Program-made: the position numbers and the translations under genes
Part shown: piece by piece, positions 11,130-21,822 of the stretch
How positions within the stretch are numbered: position 1 is the stretch's first letter
Layout: each line of letters starts with the position of its first letter
The notes under the pieces: generated by a model
Database searches by the model: none
The model's input: the letters and a program-made list of their open reading frames with translations, nothing else
Told to the model about the DNA's origin: nothing
Origin: Ignavibacteria bacterium
GTDB taxonomy: Bacteria > Bacteroidota > Ignavibacteria > Ignavibacteriales > Ignavibacteriaceae
DNA length: 64,000 bases
Direction: 5' to 3'
Assembly (NCBI GenBank): GCA_037447335.1
Contig: JBBIGV010000011.1
Location: 8,191 to 72,190, forward strand

Positions 11130-11904
11130 TTCAGAAATTAATTTAGAGAATACTTCCATGTGGTCCTTTCCCGAGAGGGGGAAATGGGCAACTCACAATC
11201 CAAAATATCGTGGCAATTTTGCTCCACAAATTGCCCGAAATCTTATTCTTAATTATTCTTCTGAGGGAGAATTAATTTTAGACCCCATGGTCGGTTCCGG
11301 AACAACATTGATTGAAGCAAAACTTTTACATAGAAGTGCAGTTGGAATTGACATTAATCCCGAGGCGGTTGAACTATCTAAAAAAGCGCTTGAGTTTAAT
11401 TATAATACTAACAGCAAACAAGGAGTAATTAAAGGAGATGCAAGAGATTTATCTATTTTTGATGATAACCAATTTGATTTAATAATAATTCATCCTCCAT
11501 ATTTGAATATAGTAAGGTATTCAAATGAATAAATACAGGAAGATTTGTCTTCAATTAGCTCATTACCCAAATTTTGTGATGAAATAGAAAAAGTGACGGC
11601 AGAACTTTACAGGGTTCTGAAACCAAATCGTTATTGTGCAATATTAATTGGAGATACGCGCAAAGCACAACATTATGTGCCTATTTCTTATAATGTAATG
11701 GAAAGATTTCTTAAAGCAGGTTTTGCTCTGAAAGAAGAAATAATAAAAGCACAGCATAACTGTGTTAATTCAAAGCGATGGGAATTAAAAGCAAAACAAT
11801 ACAAATTCTATTTAATAATGCACGAGCATCTTTTCGTTTTCCGAAAACCAAAAGCAGATGAAAATCTTTCAAGAATTTCATGGTCAATGAAAAAGAGAAG
11901 CTGA
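11122..11904 (+). pseudogene. N4/N6 DNA methyltransferase with an in-frame TAA
   Basis: LDPMVGSGTTLIEA (AdoMet motif I) and IIHPPY (motif IV). TAA at 11530..11532 splits two same-frame ORFs (..11532 and 11545..11904). Confidence 0.7.
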
Positions 11905-11943
11905 AAGCAGCCACACTGCGCTACGCCCACAGGAAGTGAAACA

Positions 11944-14900
11944 TCAGTTATACTCATCCCAGCTTTTTATTGCCAGGCTCCCATCCTTGTAATGCTTCAT
12001 GGATTTAAAAAATTGTTTGGCGAACTGAACATCCGTAAACAATGGAATATTCAGATCAACAGCCTTTCTTCTAATCAGGTAATCATTATCGAGTTCAACT
12101 TTTTCAGCCGTCTTGGGAATATTTATTACAAGATCTATTTTACCTTCTGCCATATAGGTGAGTATTGAGGGCTCCTGATTCTCGAAGGTCCTGAAAAGAG
12201 GAGTTACTTCAATACCGTTCTGTTTATAGAAATCGGCGGTGCCTTTGGTGCCATAGAATTTGATTCCAATGTTCTGAAGGTAAACCAATTCCTCGATAAG
12301 TTCAGCCTTGCTTTTTAAAACACCTGTTGAAAGCATAATGGCTTTTTGGGGAATTCTGTATCCCGTTGACATAAGGCTCTTTAAAAAAGCCTCGTTAAAA
12401 TCATCGCCAAGGCATGCAACTTCACCAGTAGATGACATTTCAACACCGGTAACAGGATCGGAGCCTTTTAATCTTGTAAATGAAAATTGTGATGCCTTCA
12501 CTCCAACGTAATCAACATCAAAAGACGTCCTGTCTATAATGGGGACTCGCTCGCCCATCATAAGTTTTGTTGCTATTTCAATAAAATTAATTTTTAGTGT
12601 TTTTGAGACGAACGGAAAACTTCTTGATGCACGCAGGTTACATTCTATAACTTTAACTTCATTATCTTTAGCAATAAATTGAATATTAAAAGGTCCTGTT
12701 ATGTTGAGTTCTCTGGCTACTTGTTTTGTTATCAACTTAACACGACGAATCGTTTCCAGATAAGTACGCTGCGGAGGTAAAACCAGCGTTGCATCACCCG
12801 AGTGAACTCCGGCATTTTCAACATGCTCTGAAATAGCCCAGCAAAATACTTCACCATTGTTAGCTACAGCGTCAACTTCAATTTCTCTGGCATCAGTAAT
12901 AAATTTGCTGAGCACAACGGGATGTTCCCTGTTCAGATCGGTAGCTTTTTTAAGATAATCATCCAGTTCGTCTTCAGTAAGGACGATGCTCATTGCTGCA
13001 CCGCTCAGAACATAACTCGGTCGTATAAGAACCGGGTACGTGACTTTATTTGCAAATTCTTTTGCATCTTCGAGGGTCGTTACCTCTTTCCATTCCGGCT
13101 GATCAACGACAATTCTGTCAAGGATATTCGAAAACTTGTGCCGGCTTTCTGCATTGTCTATCTGTACAGGAGATGTGCCAATAATTTTTATACCGGCATT
13201 GTGCAGCCTCATTGCAAGATTATTTGGTACTTGCCCCCCCATGGAAATTATCACGCCTTCCGGTTTTTCTTTTTCATAAATATCAAGAACTCTTTCAAAG
13301 GTTAATTGTTCAAAGTATAGCTTGTTACATATATCATAATCCGTCGAAACAGTTTCAGGATTACAATTGATCATTATAGTTTTGAAATTAAGCTTGTTAA
13401 GTGTCATCACTGCATTAACACAACACCAATCGAACTCAACTGACGAACCAATCCTGTAAGCTCCGCTTCCAAGAACCACAATCTGATCAGGCTCACTGCA
13501 GACAATATCATCATCTTTTCCATGATATGTCAGGTACAGATAATTTGTTTGTGCAGGGAATTCAGCAGCCATAGTATCAATTTGCTTAACTACCGGTAAA
13601 ACCCCGAGTTCTTTTCTTCTATATCTGACCGCCATTTCATTCGAGTTTACTAATGCAGCAATTTGCTGATCCGAAAATCCGTTTTTCTTTGCCTTATGCA
13701 TGAGAGTTTCATCAAGCTCACTTAGCTTTTTACCGGAGATGATTTTATCCATTTCAACAATGTTCTTCATTTTATAAAGGAACCACCTGGTGATTTTAGT
13801 TAAATCGTAAATCCGGTCAATTGAGTAGCCCTCCTGAAGAGCCTGGGCAATGGCGAATATCCGTTTATCGGTTGGATTAGCTAGTTCTTCATCAAGGTTT
13901 TCAAATAAGAAATCGTTACCAACAAAGCCCGCTTTGCCAACTTCGAGCATTCGGATTGCTTTCTGTAAAACTTCTTCAAAGCTTCTGCCAAGCGACATAA
14001 CTTCGCCAACAGATTTCATTTCGCTGCCGAGCTGTGTACTTACTTTTTGAAATTTTTGCAAGTCCCATCTGGGAAATTTTAATGCAATGTAATCAAGCGC
14101 CGGTTCAAAACAAGCTGAGGTTTCCTGCGTGATAATATTTACAACTTCATTGAGTGCATAACCAAGTGCAAGTTTTGTAGCAATGAATGCAAGAGGATAG
14201 CCGGTAGCCTTTGAGGCTAATGCAGAACTTCTGCTTAAGCGTGCATTTACTTCAATTATTCTGTAATCATCGCTGTTTGGATCAAGAGCATACTGAATGT
14301 TACATTCACCGATAACCCCGAGATGTCTTATCAGCTTTATACCGATAGAACGAAGCTTAAAATTTTCCTGTGCTGATAAAGTCTGAACCGGTGCAACAAC
14401 CACACTATCTCCTGTATGGATTCCCATCGGGTCAATATTTTCCATTGAGCAGATGGTAATGCAATTATTGTATTTATCGCGGACAATTTCGTACTCAACC
14501 TCTTTCCATCCGTAAAGAGATTCTTCAATCAAAATTTGTTTTGTGAATGAAAATGCACGCTTTGATTTTTCGATAAGTTCCTGCTTGTTGTTTACTATTC
14601 CGGATCCCAATCCCCCAAGCGCATAGGCTATACGAACCATAACCGGAAAGCTGATTTCTTCTGCTGCTGCGACTGCTTCGTCAACAGAACGAGCAGTTTT
14701 GCTTCGAGCAACTTTTAAACCAACCTCCCCGCATCGCTTTGCGAACAGGAAGCGGTCTTCCGTATCTTGAATTGATTCAACGGGAGTACCGAGAACACGT
14801 ATATTATATTTTTCAAGTATTCCCTGCTCATATAGTTCAACTCCAACATTCAGTGCAGTCTGTCCACCGAACTGAAGCAGTATGCTGTCCGGTTGTTCTT

Positions 14901-15138
14901 TTTGAATTATCTTTTCAACAAATTCTGTTTTAATGGGAAGGAAGTAAACTTTATCAGCAAAGTTTTCGGATGTTTGAATTGTTGCAATGTTAGGATTAAC
15001 AAGTACGGACGTTACCCCGTCTTCTTTGAGCGCTTTTATTGCCTGGCTTCCGGAGTAATCAAACTCGCCTGCCTGCCCGATCTGCAATGCTCCTGAACCG
15101 AGGATCAATACTTTTTTGGGCTTACCTTTTTTTATCAT
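11944..15138 (-). CDS. carB: carbamoyl-phosphate synthase large subunit
   Basis: Intact 1064 aa product with duplicated ATP-grasp halves and a C-terminal MGS-like domain. The alignment-quality match to CarB is recognisable throughout. Confidence 0.95.
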   Translation of the reverse strand: MIKKGKPKKVLILGSGALQIGQAGEFDYSGSQAIKALKEDGVTSVLVNPNIATIQTSENFADKVYFLPIKTEFVEKIIQKEQPDSILLQFGGQTALNVGVELYEQGILEKYNIRVLGTPVESIQDTEDRFLFAKRCGEVGLKVARSKTARSVDEAVAAAEEISFPVMVRIAYALGGLGSGIVNNKQELIEKSKRAFSFTKQILIEESLYGWKEVEYEIVRDKYNNCITICSMENIDPMGIHTGDSVVVAPVQTLSAQENFKLRSIGIKLIRHLGVIGECNIQYALDPNSDDYRIIEVNARLSRSSALASKATGYPLAFIATKLALGYALNEVVNIITQETSACFEPALDYIALKFPRWDLQKFQKVSTQLGSEMKSVGEVMSLGRSFEEVLQKAIRMLEVGKAGFVGNDFLFENLDEELANPTDKRIFAIAQALQEGYSIDRIYDLTKITRWFLYKMKNIVEMDKIISGKKLSELDETLMHKAKKNGFSDQQIAALVNSNEMAVRYRRKELGVLPVVKQIDTMAAEFPAQTNYLYLTYHGKDDDIVCSEPDQIVVLGSGAYRIGSSVEFDWCCVNAVMTLNKLNFKTIMINCNPETVSTDYDICNKLYFEQLTFERVLDIYEKEKPEGVIISMGGQVPNNLAMRLHNAGIKIIGTSPVQIDNAESRHKFSNILDRIVVDQPEWKEVTTLEDAKEFANKVTYPVLIRPSYVLSGAAMSIVLTEDELDDYLKKATDLNREHPVVLSKFITDAREIEVDAVANNGEVFCWAISEHVENAGVHSGDATLVLPPQRTYLETIRRVKLITKQVARELNITGPFNIQFIAKDNEVKVIECNLRASRSFPFVSKTLKINFIEIATKLMMGERVPIIDRTSFDVDYVGVKASQFSFTRLKGSDPVTGVEMSSTGEVACLGDDFNEAFLKSLMSTGYRIPQKAIMLSTGVLKSKAELIEELVYLQNIGIKFYGTKGTADFYKQNGIEVTPLFRTFENQEPSILTYMAEGKIDLVINIPKTAEKVELDNDYLIRRKAVDLNIPLFTDVQFAKQFFKSMKHYKDGSLAIKSWDEYN

Positions 15139-15227
15139 TTTGTTTTAGCTTGTATTGTTATGCCGAACTGTTTTCAGCATGCTTTTTAAATTAACTATCC
15201 CGAAAACGTTACGGGAGGTATTTTGTG

Positions 15228-16298
15228 TTATTTTAATGCACGTACGAACATATCAAAAATAAATTCACAGTCATCAGGACCGGGCGAAGCCTCGGGATGA
15301 AACTGTGCAGCAAAGTACGGTTTCGATATATGAATTATCCCTTCGTTGGTACCGTCATTGTCATTTACAAACCACTCGCGCCAGTCTTCCGGTAAAGTAT
15401 CTGACTGCACAGCATAACCATGGTTCTGAGAAGTTATATAACATCTCTTTGTTCCAAGTTCATTGCAAGGCTGATTGTGCCCGCGGTGACCATACTTCAA
15501 CTTGTAAGTATCTGCGCCTGCTGCAAGCGCAAGTATCTGCGAGCCGAGACAAATACCGAGTATGGGCTGACCATTTCGTAATGCTTTTTTTGTATGTTCT
15601 ATTGCAGCTACGTTCATTTTAGGATCACCGGGACCGTTTGATAGCATAATACCATCAGCTTTTACTGTTGTGAAGTCGTAATCATAAGGAACTCTTATTA
15701 CGGAAATATTACGTCCTAAAAAAGCTTTTATTATGTTGTTTTTCGTACCGCAGTCAACCAGAATTACTTTCTTTTTTCCTTTTCCATATTCGATTGGGTC
15801 TTTAATGCTGACTTCAGAAACCAGGTCCGATTCATTTGGACCATTAAACCCCGGGTCGTTCTTATCATCAATAATTATTTTACCGGGCATTGTTCCTTTG
15901 TCACGCAATTTTCTGGTCAGCATTCTTGTATCAATTCCTGTAATACCCGGTATTCTTTTCTCTTTCATCCAATCGGCTAATGATCTTTCTGCATTCCAGT
16001 GAGAATATTCTTCTGAATAATCGGACACAACTAATGCCCTTATATGAATATTTTCAGATTCGAAGAATTTGTGCAAACCGTTTTCATCTTTATCCGACGG
16101 CGGTACGCCATAGTTTCCGATTAGTGGATACGTGCATACAAGTATTTGTCCGCGATAACTTGGATCGGTGAGAGTTTCAGGGTAGCCAACCATACCGGTA
16201 TTGAACACAACCTCGCCATGTGTATTGCCGGGAAAACCGAAAGATTTTCCTGAAAAGATTGTTCCGTCTTCTAATATTAGCTTTGCTTGCTTATCCAT
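15228..16298 (-). CDS. carA: carbamoyl-phosphate synthase small (glutaminase) subunit
   Basis: 356 aa with the GATase catalytic site GICLGSQILA and HRGHNQP. It lies upstream of carB. Confidence 0.95.
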   Translation of the reverse strand: MDKQAKLILEDGTIFSGKSFGFPGNTHGEVVFNTGMVGYPETLTDPSYRGQILVCTYPLIGNYGVPPSDKDENGLHKFFESENIHIRALVVSDYSEEYSHWNAERSLADWMKEKRIPGITGIDTRMLTRKLRDKGTMPGKIIIDDKNDPGFNGPNESDLVSEVSIKDPIEYGKGKKKVILVDCGTKNNIIKAFLGRNISVIRVPYDYDFTTVKADGIMLSNGPGDPKMNVAAIEHTKKALRNGQPILGICLGSQILALAAGADTYKLKYGHRGHNQPCNELGTKRCYITSQNHGYAVQSDTLPEDWREWFVNDNDGTNEGIIHISKPYFAAQFHPEASPGPDDCEFIFDMFVRALK

Positions 16299-16354
16299 TT
16301 CTTCTATTCTGCTTTAACACAAAAGAATAATATTGCCCAAAAGTGTAACCCATC

Positions 16355-16385
16355 AAAACAAAAAAATAGCCCCATAAGCGGGGCT
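16355..16385 (-). terminator. rho-independent terminator downstream of the T9SS cargo gene
   Basis: On the minus strand, an AGCCCC-GCTTAT-GGGGCT hairpin is followed by a T-run (plus-strand A-run 16355..16367). Confidence 0.6.
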
Positions 16386-16558
16386 GCTTAAAAACGAACT
16401 TTATATTTATATAAGATAGCGTTTTGATTTTCTCTTACCTGTGTTCCTGATTTTGGTTTGCAAATATAAGCGCATCAGCCAATTTCTGCAAGAATTCTAT
16501 TTGCTTCAAAAAAATTTCCTGATTTGAATGCATAGTATAACTTCAAAAGAATTAAAGC

Positions 16559-18292
16559 TTACTTCATCAGAATAAACTTTTTGGTGTCAGTATATTCGCC
16601 TGCTGTAAGCCGGTAGAAGTACACCCCGCTTGTCAGATCTAATAAATTGAATGATACGGTTGAGAACTCAACGCTGTGAGACCCGGCTTCTTTATATTCA
16701 TTTACCAACGATGCTACTTCCCTTCCAAGTAAATCATACACCTTCAATGTTTGAAAAGAAGAGACAGGCGATTGCCAACTGATAATGGTGCCTGAGTTGA
16801 ATGGATTTGGATAATTCTGCTCAAGTAAAAACATTAGGGGAATGTTAACATCAGCTTCAATTTCATTTGAATAAGTGAAAGCGCCATCAAAGTCAATTTG
16901 TTTGAGCCGGTAGAGATATTTGCCTGAATAAATCGTATTATCAATAAAAGAATATGAATGGTCTGAAGTTGATGTACCATTACCTTCCACAAAACCAATC
17001 CGGTTAAATTCTCCTATTTTATAACCATCAGGATCATAAGAATCGGCACGTTCAATTTCAAAGCCGAGATTATTTATTTCGGAAGCGGTAATCCATGATA
17101 ATTTCACGCTTCTGTCAATTACACTTGCAGTGAAGCTGACTAATTCAACCGGGATAACTTCGGGTACGTATGCAGTGGATTCATTTCCATAATAGCTCAA
17201 TATACCTGCGCTGGAGACGGTACATACTCTGTATGAATAAGTCTGATTCAAATCAACGTCATAATCTTCATAAGTAAAAGTGTTTGAATTGGCGGTATGA
17301 ATAGTAACGAATGTTGTTGTATCTGCAGGCAAGCCTTTCTTTCTTTGAATTTGGTAACCTGCAATCGGTTCCGGACTAAAACCCGTATCCCAGTTTAAAG
17401 TAACTTTCTGCACGTCGTAATGTGCAGAAGCACTAAGGAAGGTCGGCGGTCCTGGAGGGGTTAACATCGAAGATACATTTACATTATCAAAATAGAAAAA
17501 ATCAATATTATTTGTATTACCTTTATAATAAAATCCCAGGCGGAAACTGCCCGGTATATATAAATTGAGATATTCGGATGATGGACCTACATTACCGGTA
17601 GCATGCAGCTCCCAAATTGATGTCCATGAATTACCATCATCAAGCGTATAGGCAAATCCGACCACGCATGTATCAGACCACCAGTCAAGAAAATATTTGA
17701 ATGACAAAAACAGATAAAGATTCGCAGCCGAAGGAATTTCCGGTGACATTATATAACTCTTACCGTTGAATATTGGTGTCCAGAAGAAAACCATTTCTCC
17801 CGGCTGCCCGCCGGCATTAGCTGTATTCTTCCTGTCCCAATTGTTTAATCCCTGGGGTCCTTTAACCACCCATCCATCCCAGCCTGTTGCAAAAGTAAAT
17901 TCTTCAAAAAAAACAAATGGCGCCAGAGAAGTAAAATACCAAACCGGCGAAACAGAATTACCTGAACCATCAAACTCAACAACGCGCCAGTAATATCTTG
18001 TATTCTGAGTAAGATTTCCATAGGCTGACAGATGAAAAGATGTTGATGCAGTGGCTGGATATCCGTTTTGAACTCTTACAGCAGTATCAAGATTCGCAAC
18101 TTTTAACGAGTCATTGCTGAAATAAACTTCATTGTAAATTGCAGCGGAAGGATTTTCCCAAATCAAGTTATGGTTGGTCAAATGGATCCCTTTTGCTCCC
18201 GGGGCGGTTGAAGGATTTGTTGCGCTGCCCGGTCCCTGCGCAAATGATAGATTAGTGCTCAGTAAAAAGAAAATGGTAATGAATGATCTCAT
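16559..18292 (-). CDS. secreted multi-domain protein with a T9SS C-terminal sorting domain
   Basis: Signal peptide present. The C-terminus reads LEQNYPNPFNSGTIISW..KVYDLLGREVASLVNEYKEAG..GVYFYRLTAG..KKFILMK. Confidence 0.8.
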   Translation of the reverse strand: MRSFITIFFLLSTNLSFAQGPGSATNPSTAPGAKGIHLTNHNLIWENPSAAIYNEVYFSNDSLKVANLDTAVRVQNGYPATASTSFHLSAYGNLTQNTRYYWRVVEFDGSGNSVSPVWYFTSLAPFVFFEEFTFATGWDGWVVKGPQGLNNWDRKNTANAGGQPGEMVFFWTPIFNGKSYIMSPEIPSAANLYLFLSFKYFLDWWSDTCVVGFAYTLDDGNSWTSIWELHATGNVGPSSEYLNLYIPGSFRLGFYYKGNTNNIDFFYFDNVNVSSMLTPPGPPTFLSASAHYDVQKVTLNWDTGFSPEPIAGYQIQRKKGLPADTTTFVTIHTANSNTFTYEDYDVDLNQTYSYRVCTVSSAGILSYYGNESTAYVPEVIPVELVSFTASVIDRSVKLSWITASEINNLGFEIERADSYDPDGYKIGEFNRIGFVEGNGTSTSDHSYSFIDNTIYSGKYLYRLKQIDFDGAFTYSNEIEADVNIPLMFLLEQNYPNPFNSGTIISWQSPVSSFQTLKVYDLLGREVASLVNEYKEAGSHSVEFSTVSFNLLDLTSGVYFYRLTAGEYTDTKKFILMK

Positions 18293-18685
18293 AATGTTAT
18301 CCTGATTAGTTTCAATTCCTGATCAGCAGCATGAAATGTCAAAAGGGTACAGAAATAATTATATTTTTATGATTTTTTTGTGTCAGTAAGACGAAAGACC
18401 GGTGTAAACCGCCGATTGCAATTTACAGATATTTATGTTAATTGCAATTGGTGAAAGGGCTGCTTACTTAATCGGGAAGTATATCCTGATGAAAAAACTT
18501 AGCAATTAAAAAATATTTTTTGAGACGGTAATGATTTTTCTTAACCACGTATAAACATATGCGCATAGTTTTCACATTGAATTAAATTTGAATCTGTTGT
18601 GTTTTAATAAGTTAAACCAAATGCCAGACTTACACAATTTACATAAACTTAAACCGCTCCCCATGCATAATTCAATTTTTATTTC

Positions 18686-18693
18686 TACATTTG
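18686..18693 (+). promoter_or_regulatory. candidate FCB-type -7 promoter box (TAnnTTTG)
   Basis: TACATTTG, followed by CACAGTAG, lies 95 nt upstream of the PIN-PhoH start. Confidence 0.3.
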
Positions 18694-18787
18694 CACAGTA
18701 GATATTCATTAACCCAAAACGAAAGGAGGTTATTTTATCTTTTGCTTCTCGTTGCGGTAACTACTAATTAACTTAAGGCTGGACCTG

Positions 18788-20146
18788 ATGAAGTCAACAA
18801 AATCTTCCAAACAAAAACCCCCAAAAATTTTTATACTTGATACAAATGTTATACTTCACGATGCTACTTCAATAACTCAGTTCAAGGAAAACGATGTTAT
18901 TATTCCATTAACCGTAATCGAAGAGCTTGACCAGTTCAAGCGCGGCTGCCAGGTTATAAATCTGAATGCAAGAGAATTTGCCCGCACACTTGATTCTCTA
19001 ACCGGAACAGCTATTTTTAACGGGGGCGTTTCACTCGGCAAGGGAAAAGGAAAACTCGGGATTGCAATTTCAAGAGGATTGAGCCAGGAAATAAAAGATA
19101 TTTTCCGCGAGGATAACCCCGATCACAGGATTTTGAGTGTTGCTGTTGAGTGGAGCAAAAAGTTCGAAGGCAAAGCTTCAGTTATTCTTGTTAGTAAAGA
19201 TGTAAATCTCCGGATGAAAGCAAAAGCTCTCGGCATCCATGCTGAGGATTATACAACCGACCATGTTAAAAGCATCGAAGAGCTGTACAGCGGTAAAGCG
19301 GTTATCGAAAATATTGATGATGATCTGATCCTCGATATTTTCCAGCCGCCATATACCATACCGGCAAAACCTCTGCTCAGGAAGCTTAACGGCGAAGCAC
19401 TTCCGAATAAATATTATATTATAAGAAATAACAGCAGGTCCGTGCTCGCTTACCTCGATCACGAAATGAATAATCTCAAAAAAGTTGATAAGGAGGTTGT
19501 TTACGGTATCAAACCGCGTAACGCCGAACAGGCTTTTGCAGTTGATGCGCTTACTAATAATAACATTCAGTTAGTATCACTTACAGGGAAAGCCGGAACG
19601 GGCAAAACACTTCTTGCGCTTGCCTGTGCATTGCAGGTAAGAAAACATTACAGACAGATTTTTGTGGCGCGTCCGATTGTACCGCTGAGTAATAAAGATA
19701 TTGGTTTCCTCCCGGGTGATGTTGAAAGCAAGCTGGCGCCTTATATGCAGCCGCTCTGGGATAACCTGAAAGTAATTCAGGACCAGTTCCCTGAAACCGA
19801 TAAACAGTATCAACTGATTGACACTTTAATTAAAGACGAAAAAATTGTAATCGAACCATTGAGCTATATCAGAGGCAGAAGTCTTCAGCGAATATTTTTT
19901 ATTGTTGATGAAGCGCAGAATCTTACACCGCATGAAATCAAAACGATTATAACAAGGGCAGGCGAAGGAGCTAAGGTTGTCTTTACCGGTGATATTTACC
20001 AGATAGATCATCCTTATCTCGACGGGCAATCCAATGGTCTTTCTTACCTTATAGATAAATTCAAAGGACAGAAACTTTACGCCCACATAAATCTCGAAAA
20101 AGGTGAGCGTTCACTTTTGGCAGAGCTTGCAAGTAACTTATTATAA
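18788..20146 (+). CDS. PIN domain + PhoH-like ATPase (PhoH2/YlaK type)
   Basis: N-terminal PIN (ILDTNVILHD), Walker A GKAGTGKTLLALA and Walker B FFIVDEAQN. Confidence 0.85.
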   Translation: MKSTKSSKQKPPKIFILDTNVILHDATSITQFKENDVIIPLTVIEELDQFKRGCQVINLNAREFARTLDSLTGTAIFNGGVSLGKGKGKLGIAISRGLSQEIKDIFREDNPDHRILSVAVEWSKKFEGKASVILVSKDVNLRMKAKALGIHAEDYTTDHVKSIEELYSGKAVIENIDDDLILDIFQPPYTIPAKPLLRKLNGEALPNKYYIIRNNSRSVLAYLDHEMNNLKKVDKEVVYGIKPRNAEQAFAVDALTNNNIQLVSLTGKAGTGKTLLALACALQVRKHYRQIFVARPIVPLSNKDIGFLPGDVESKLAPYMQPLWDNLKVIQDQFPETDKQYQLIDTLIKDEKIVIEPLSYIRGRSLQRIFFIVDEAQNLTPHEIKTIITRAGEGAKVVFTGDIYQIDHPYLDGQSNGLSYLIDKFKGQKLYAHINLEKGERSLLAELASNLL

Positions 20147-20163
20147 AACCAGACGAGGTATAC

Positions 20164-20982
20164 ATGAAACGATTAGTACTCTTTATTACTTTTATTCTGA
20201 CCGCCTTCTTCACGGCAGGATGCCTGAAAGTAAATACTCTTGTAACCGTAAATGATGACGGATCCGGTACAGTTGAAGAAACAGTGTTTATGAGTAAAAC
20301 CATAATTGAGTTGCTCTCGCAGTTCACTACTGCATTTGCCGAAGATACGGTATCACCCGAACCATTTTCTCTTTTTAATGAAAAAGATATGATTAAAAAT
20401 GCAAGCATAATGGGCGAAGGAGTCAAATATGTATCAGGAGAAATCCTCGCCACCGATACACAGGAAGGCTATAAAGCAATTTACAGCTTTACGGATATCA
20501 ACAAGCTTCGTATAAACAACAATCCTGCTTCGGATATTTCCCTTGGCGATGAAGACCCTGCTGCAAAAGGGGAAGATCAATTCCTCACCTTTACATTTAA
20601 GAAAGGCAAGCCTGCAGTTTTAACTGTTGTTGTTCCACCCCCGACAGAAGCTGAAGAGGAATCAGATGAAGCTGACGATTCTGATTCGGAACAGGAAGAC
20701 ATGATGAACAATCCGTTTATTGCTGATATGATGAAAGAAATGAGCGTATCAATCTCTGTAAAAGTAAACGGATCGATTGTAGAAACTGATGCGGCTTATG
20801 TTGATAATAACATTGTAACATTTCTTGATCTGCACTTTTCCGAATTATTTAAAGACCAGGAAAAATTGAACTCATTACAAAAAGTAAAACCCGGCAATCT
20901 GGATGAAGTTCGTGATATTTTGAAAGATATTCCTGGTATCAAAATAGAAATGAATCCGGTAACAACAATAAAATTCCGTTAA
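20164..20982 (+). CDS. lipoprotein of unknown function with an acidic low-complexity insert
   Basis: Lipobox LTAFFTAGC. Acidic run EAEEESDEADDSDSEQED. Confidence 0.6.
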   Translation: MKRLVLFITFILTAFFTAGCLKVNTLVTVNDDGSGTVEETVFMSKTIIELLSQFTTAFAEDTVSPEPFSLFNEKDMIKNASIMGEGVKYVSGEILATDTQEGYKAIYSFTDINKLRINNNPASDISLGDEDPAAKGEDQFLTFTFKKGKPAVLTVVVPPPTEAEEESDEADDSDSEQEDMMNNPFIADMMKEMSVSISVKVNGSIVETDAAYVDNNIVTFLDLHFSELFKDQEKLNSLQKVKPGNLDEVRDILKDIPGIKIEMNPVTTIKFR

Positions 20983-21081
20983 AGACCGGCTGCACGCATT
21001 TAGATGCAAATTGTTTGATTATTAACGCTAAAGAGTAATGAATGAGCAGCAATTTAACTTGTCTGCCTTAACTAATTACCA

Positions 21082-21089
21082 TAAATTTG
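21082..21089 (+). promoter_or_regulatory. candidate FCB-type -7 promoter box (TAnnTTTG)
   Basis: TAAATTTG lies 43 nt upstream of the ATG at 21132. A TTG sits about 21 nt further upstream. Confidence 0.3.
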
Positions 21090-21131
21090 CACCGTTTCAA
21101 AATCTAATTAATAACTTAAGGGAGAGGTCAG

Positions 21132-21644
21132 ATGAAACTTAGCTCGATAGTGTTTACTTTTGTCATATTCTCATTCTTTACATTTTCTGCGTTTGCACAG
21201 GCAGAAAAATACGGTGAAGAATTGTCACTCACAGAAAAAATTAAAATATCGCAAATACTTGAAAGCCCGCAGGATTACATTGGTAAACGCGTGCTCGTGC
21301 AGGGCGATGTTCTTGATGTCTGCAAAAATTCCGGCTGCTGGATGATGCTGAGAAGCGACAAAGACGGACAGGAGATCCGCATTAAAGTTAAAGACGGTGA
21401 GATTGTTTTCCCCGTTGAAGCAATCGGCGGCAATGCTGTTGTTGAAGGTGAAGTTTACGCAATAGAACTTGATGAAGAAGGCGCAAGAGATTATATGGAA
21501 CATCTTGCAGAAGATGCCGGACTTGAATTCGATCCCACAACTGTTACCGGTCCGATGACTATCTACCAAATTAAAGGACTTGGCGCTGTTATTACTTCTC
21601 CTGTAAAAAGCGGTGATGAGGTTCAAACAGAAACAGAAATGTGA
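21132..21644 (+). CDS. secreted DUF4920-like protein
   Basis: Signal peptide, a CKNSGCWMML motif and a GGGAGAGG Shine-Dalgarno sequence upstream. Confidence 0.6.
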   Translation: MKLSSIVFTFVIFSFFTFSAFAQAEKYGEELSLTEKIKISQILESPQDYIGKRVLVQGDVLDVCKNSGCWMMLRSDKDGQEIRIKVKDGEIVFPVEAIGGNAVVEGEVYAIELDEEGARDYMEHLAEDAGLEFDPTTVTGPMTIYQIKGLGAVITSPVKSGDEVQTETEM

Positions 21645-21726
21645 GTATAGAATTTATGCGCTGATGTTAATATGCTTTCTTACATATTAACTTTCAGAAT
21701 TATTTAAACCGGGCAAGTTGAATTTT

Positions 21727-21777
21727 AACCTTCAGTGTTAGAAAGTGCTAAAGCACTATACGCTGAAGGTTTTTTGT
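21727..21777 (+). terminator. rho-independent terminator (long compound hairpin)
   Basis: AACCTTCAG ... CTGAAGGTT arms enclose an inner AGTGCT-AA-AGCACT palindrome and are followed by TTTTTGTT. Confidence 0.6.
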
Positions 21778-21822
21778 TATAATTTTAAGAGATATTATCA
21801 ATTTGAGTAATAGCATCTTTGC

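Noticed and set aside
20061-20453. 130-aa minus-strand ORF spanning the PhoH/lipoprotein junction.
   Set aside because: It overlaps two well-supported plus-strand genes, has no start context and has no recognisable domain.
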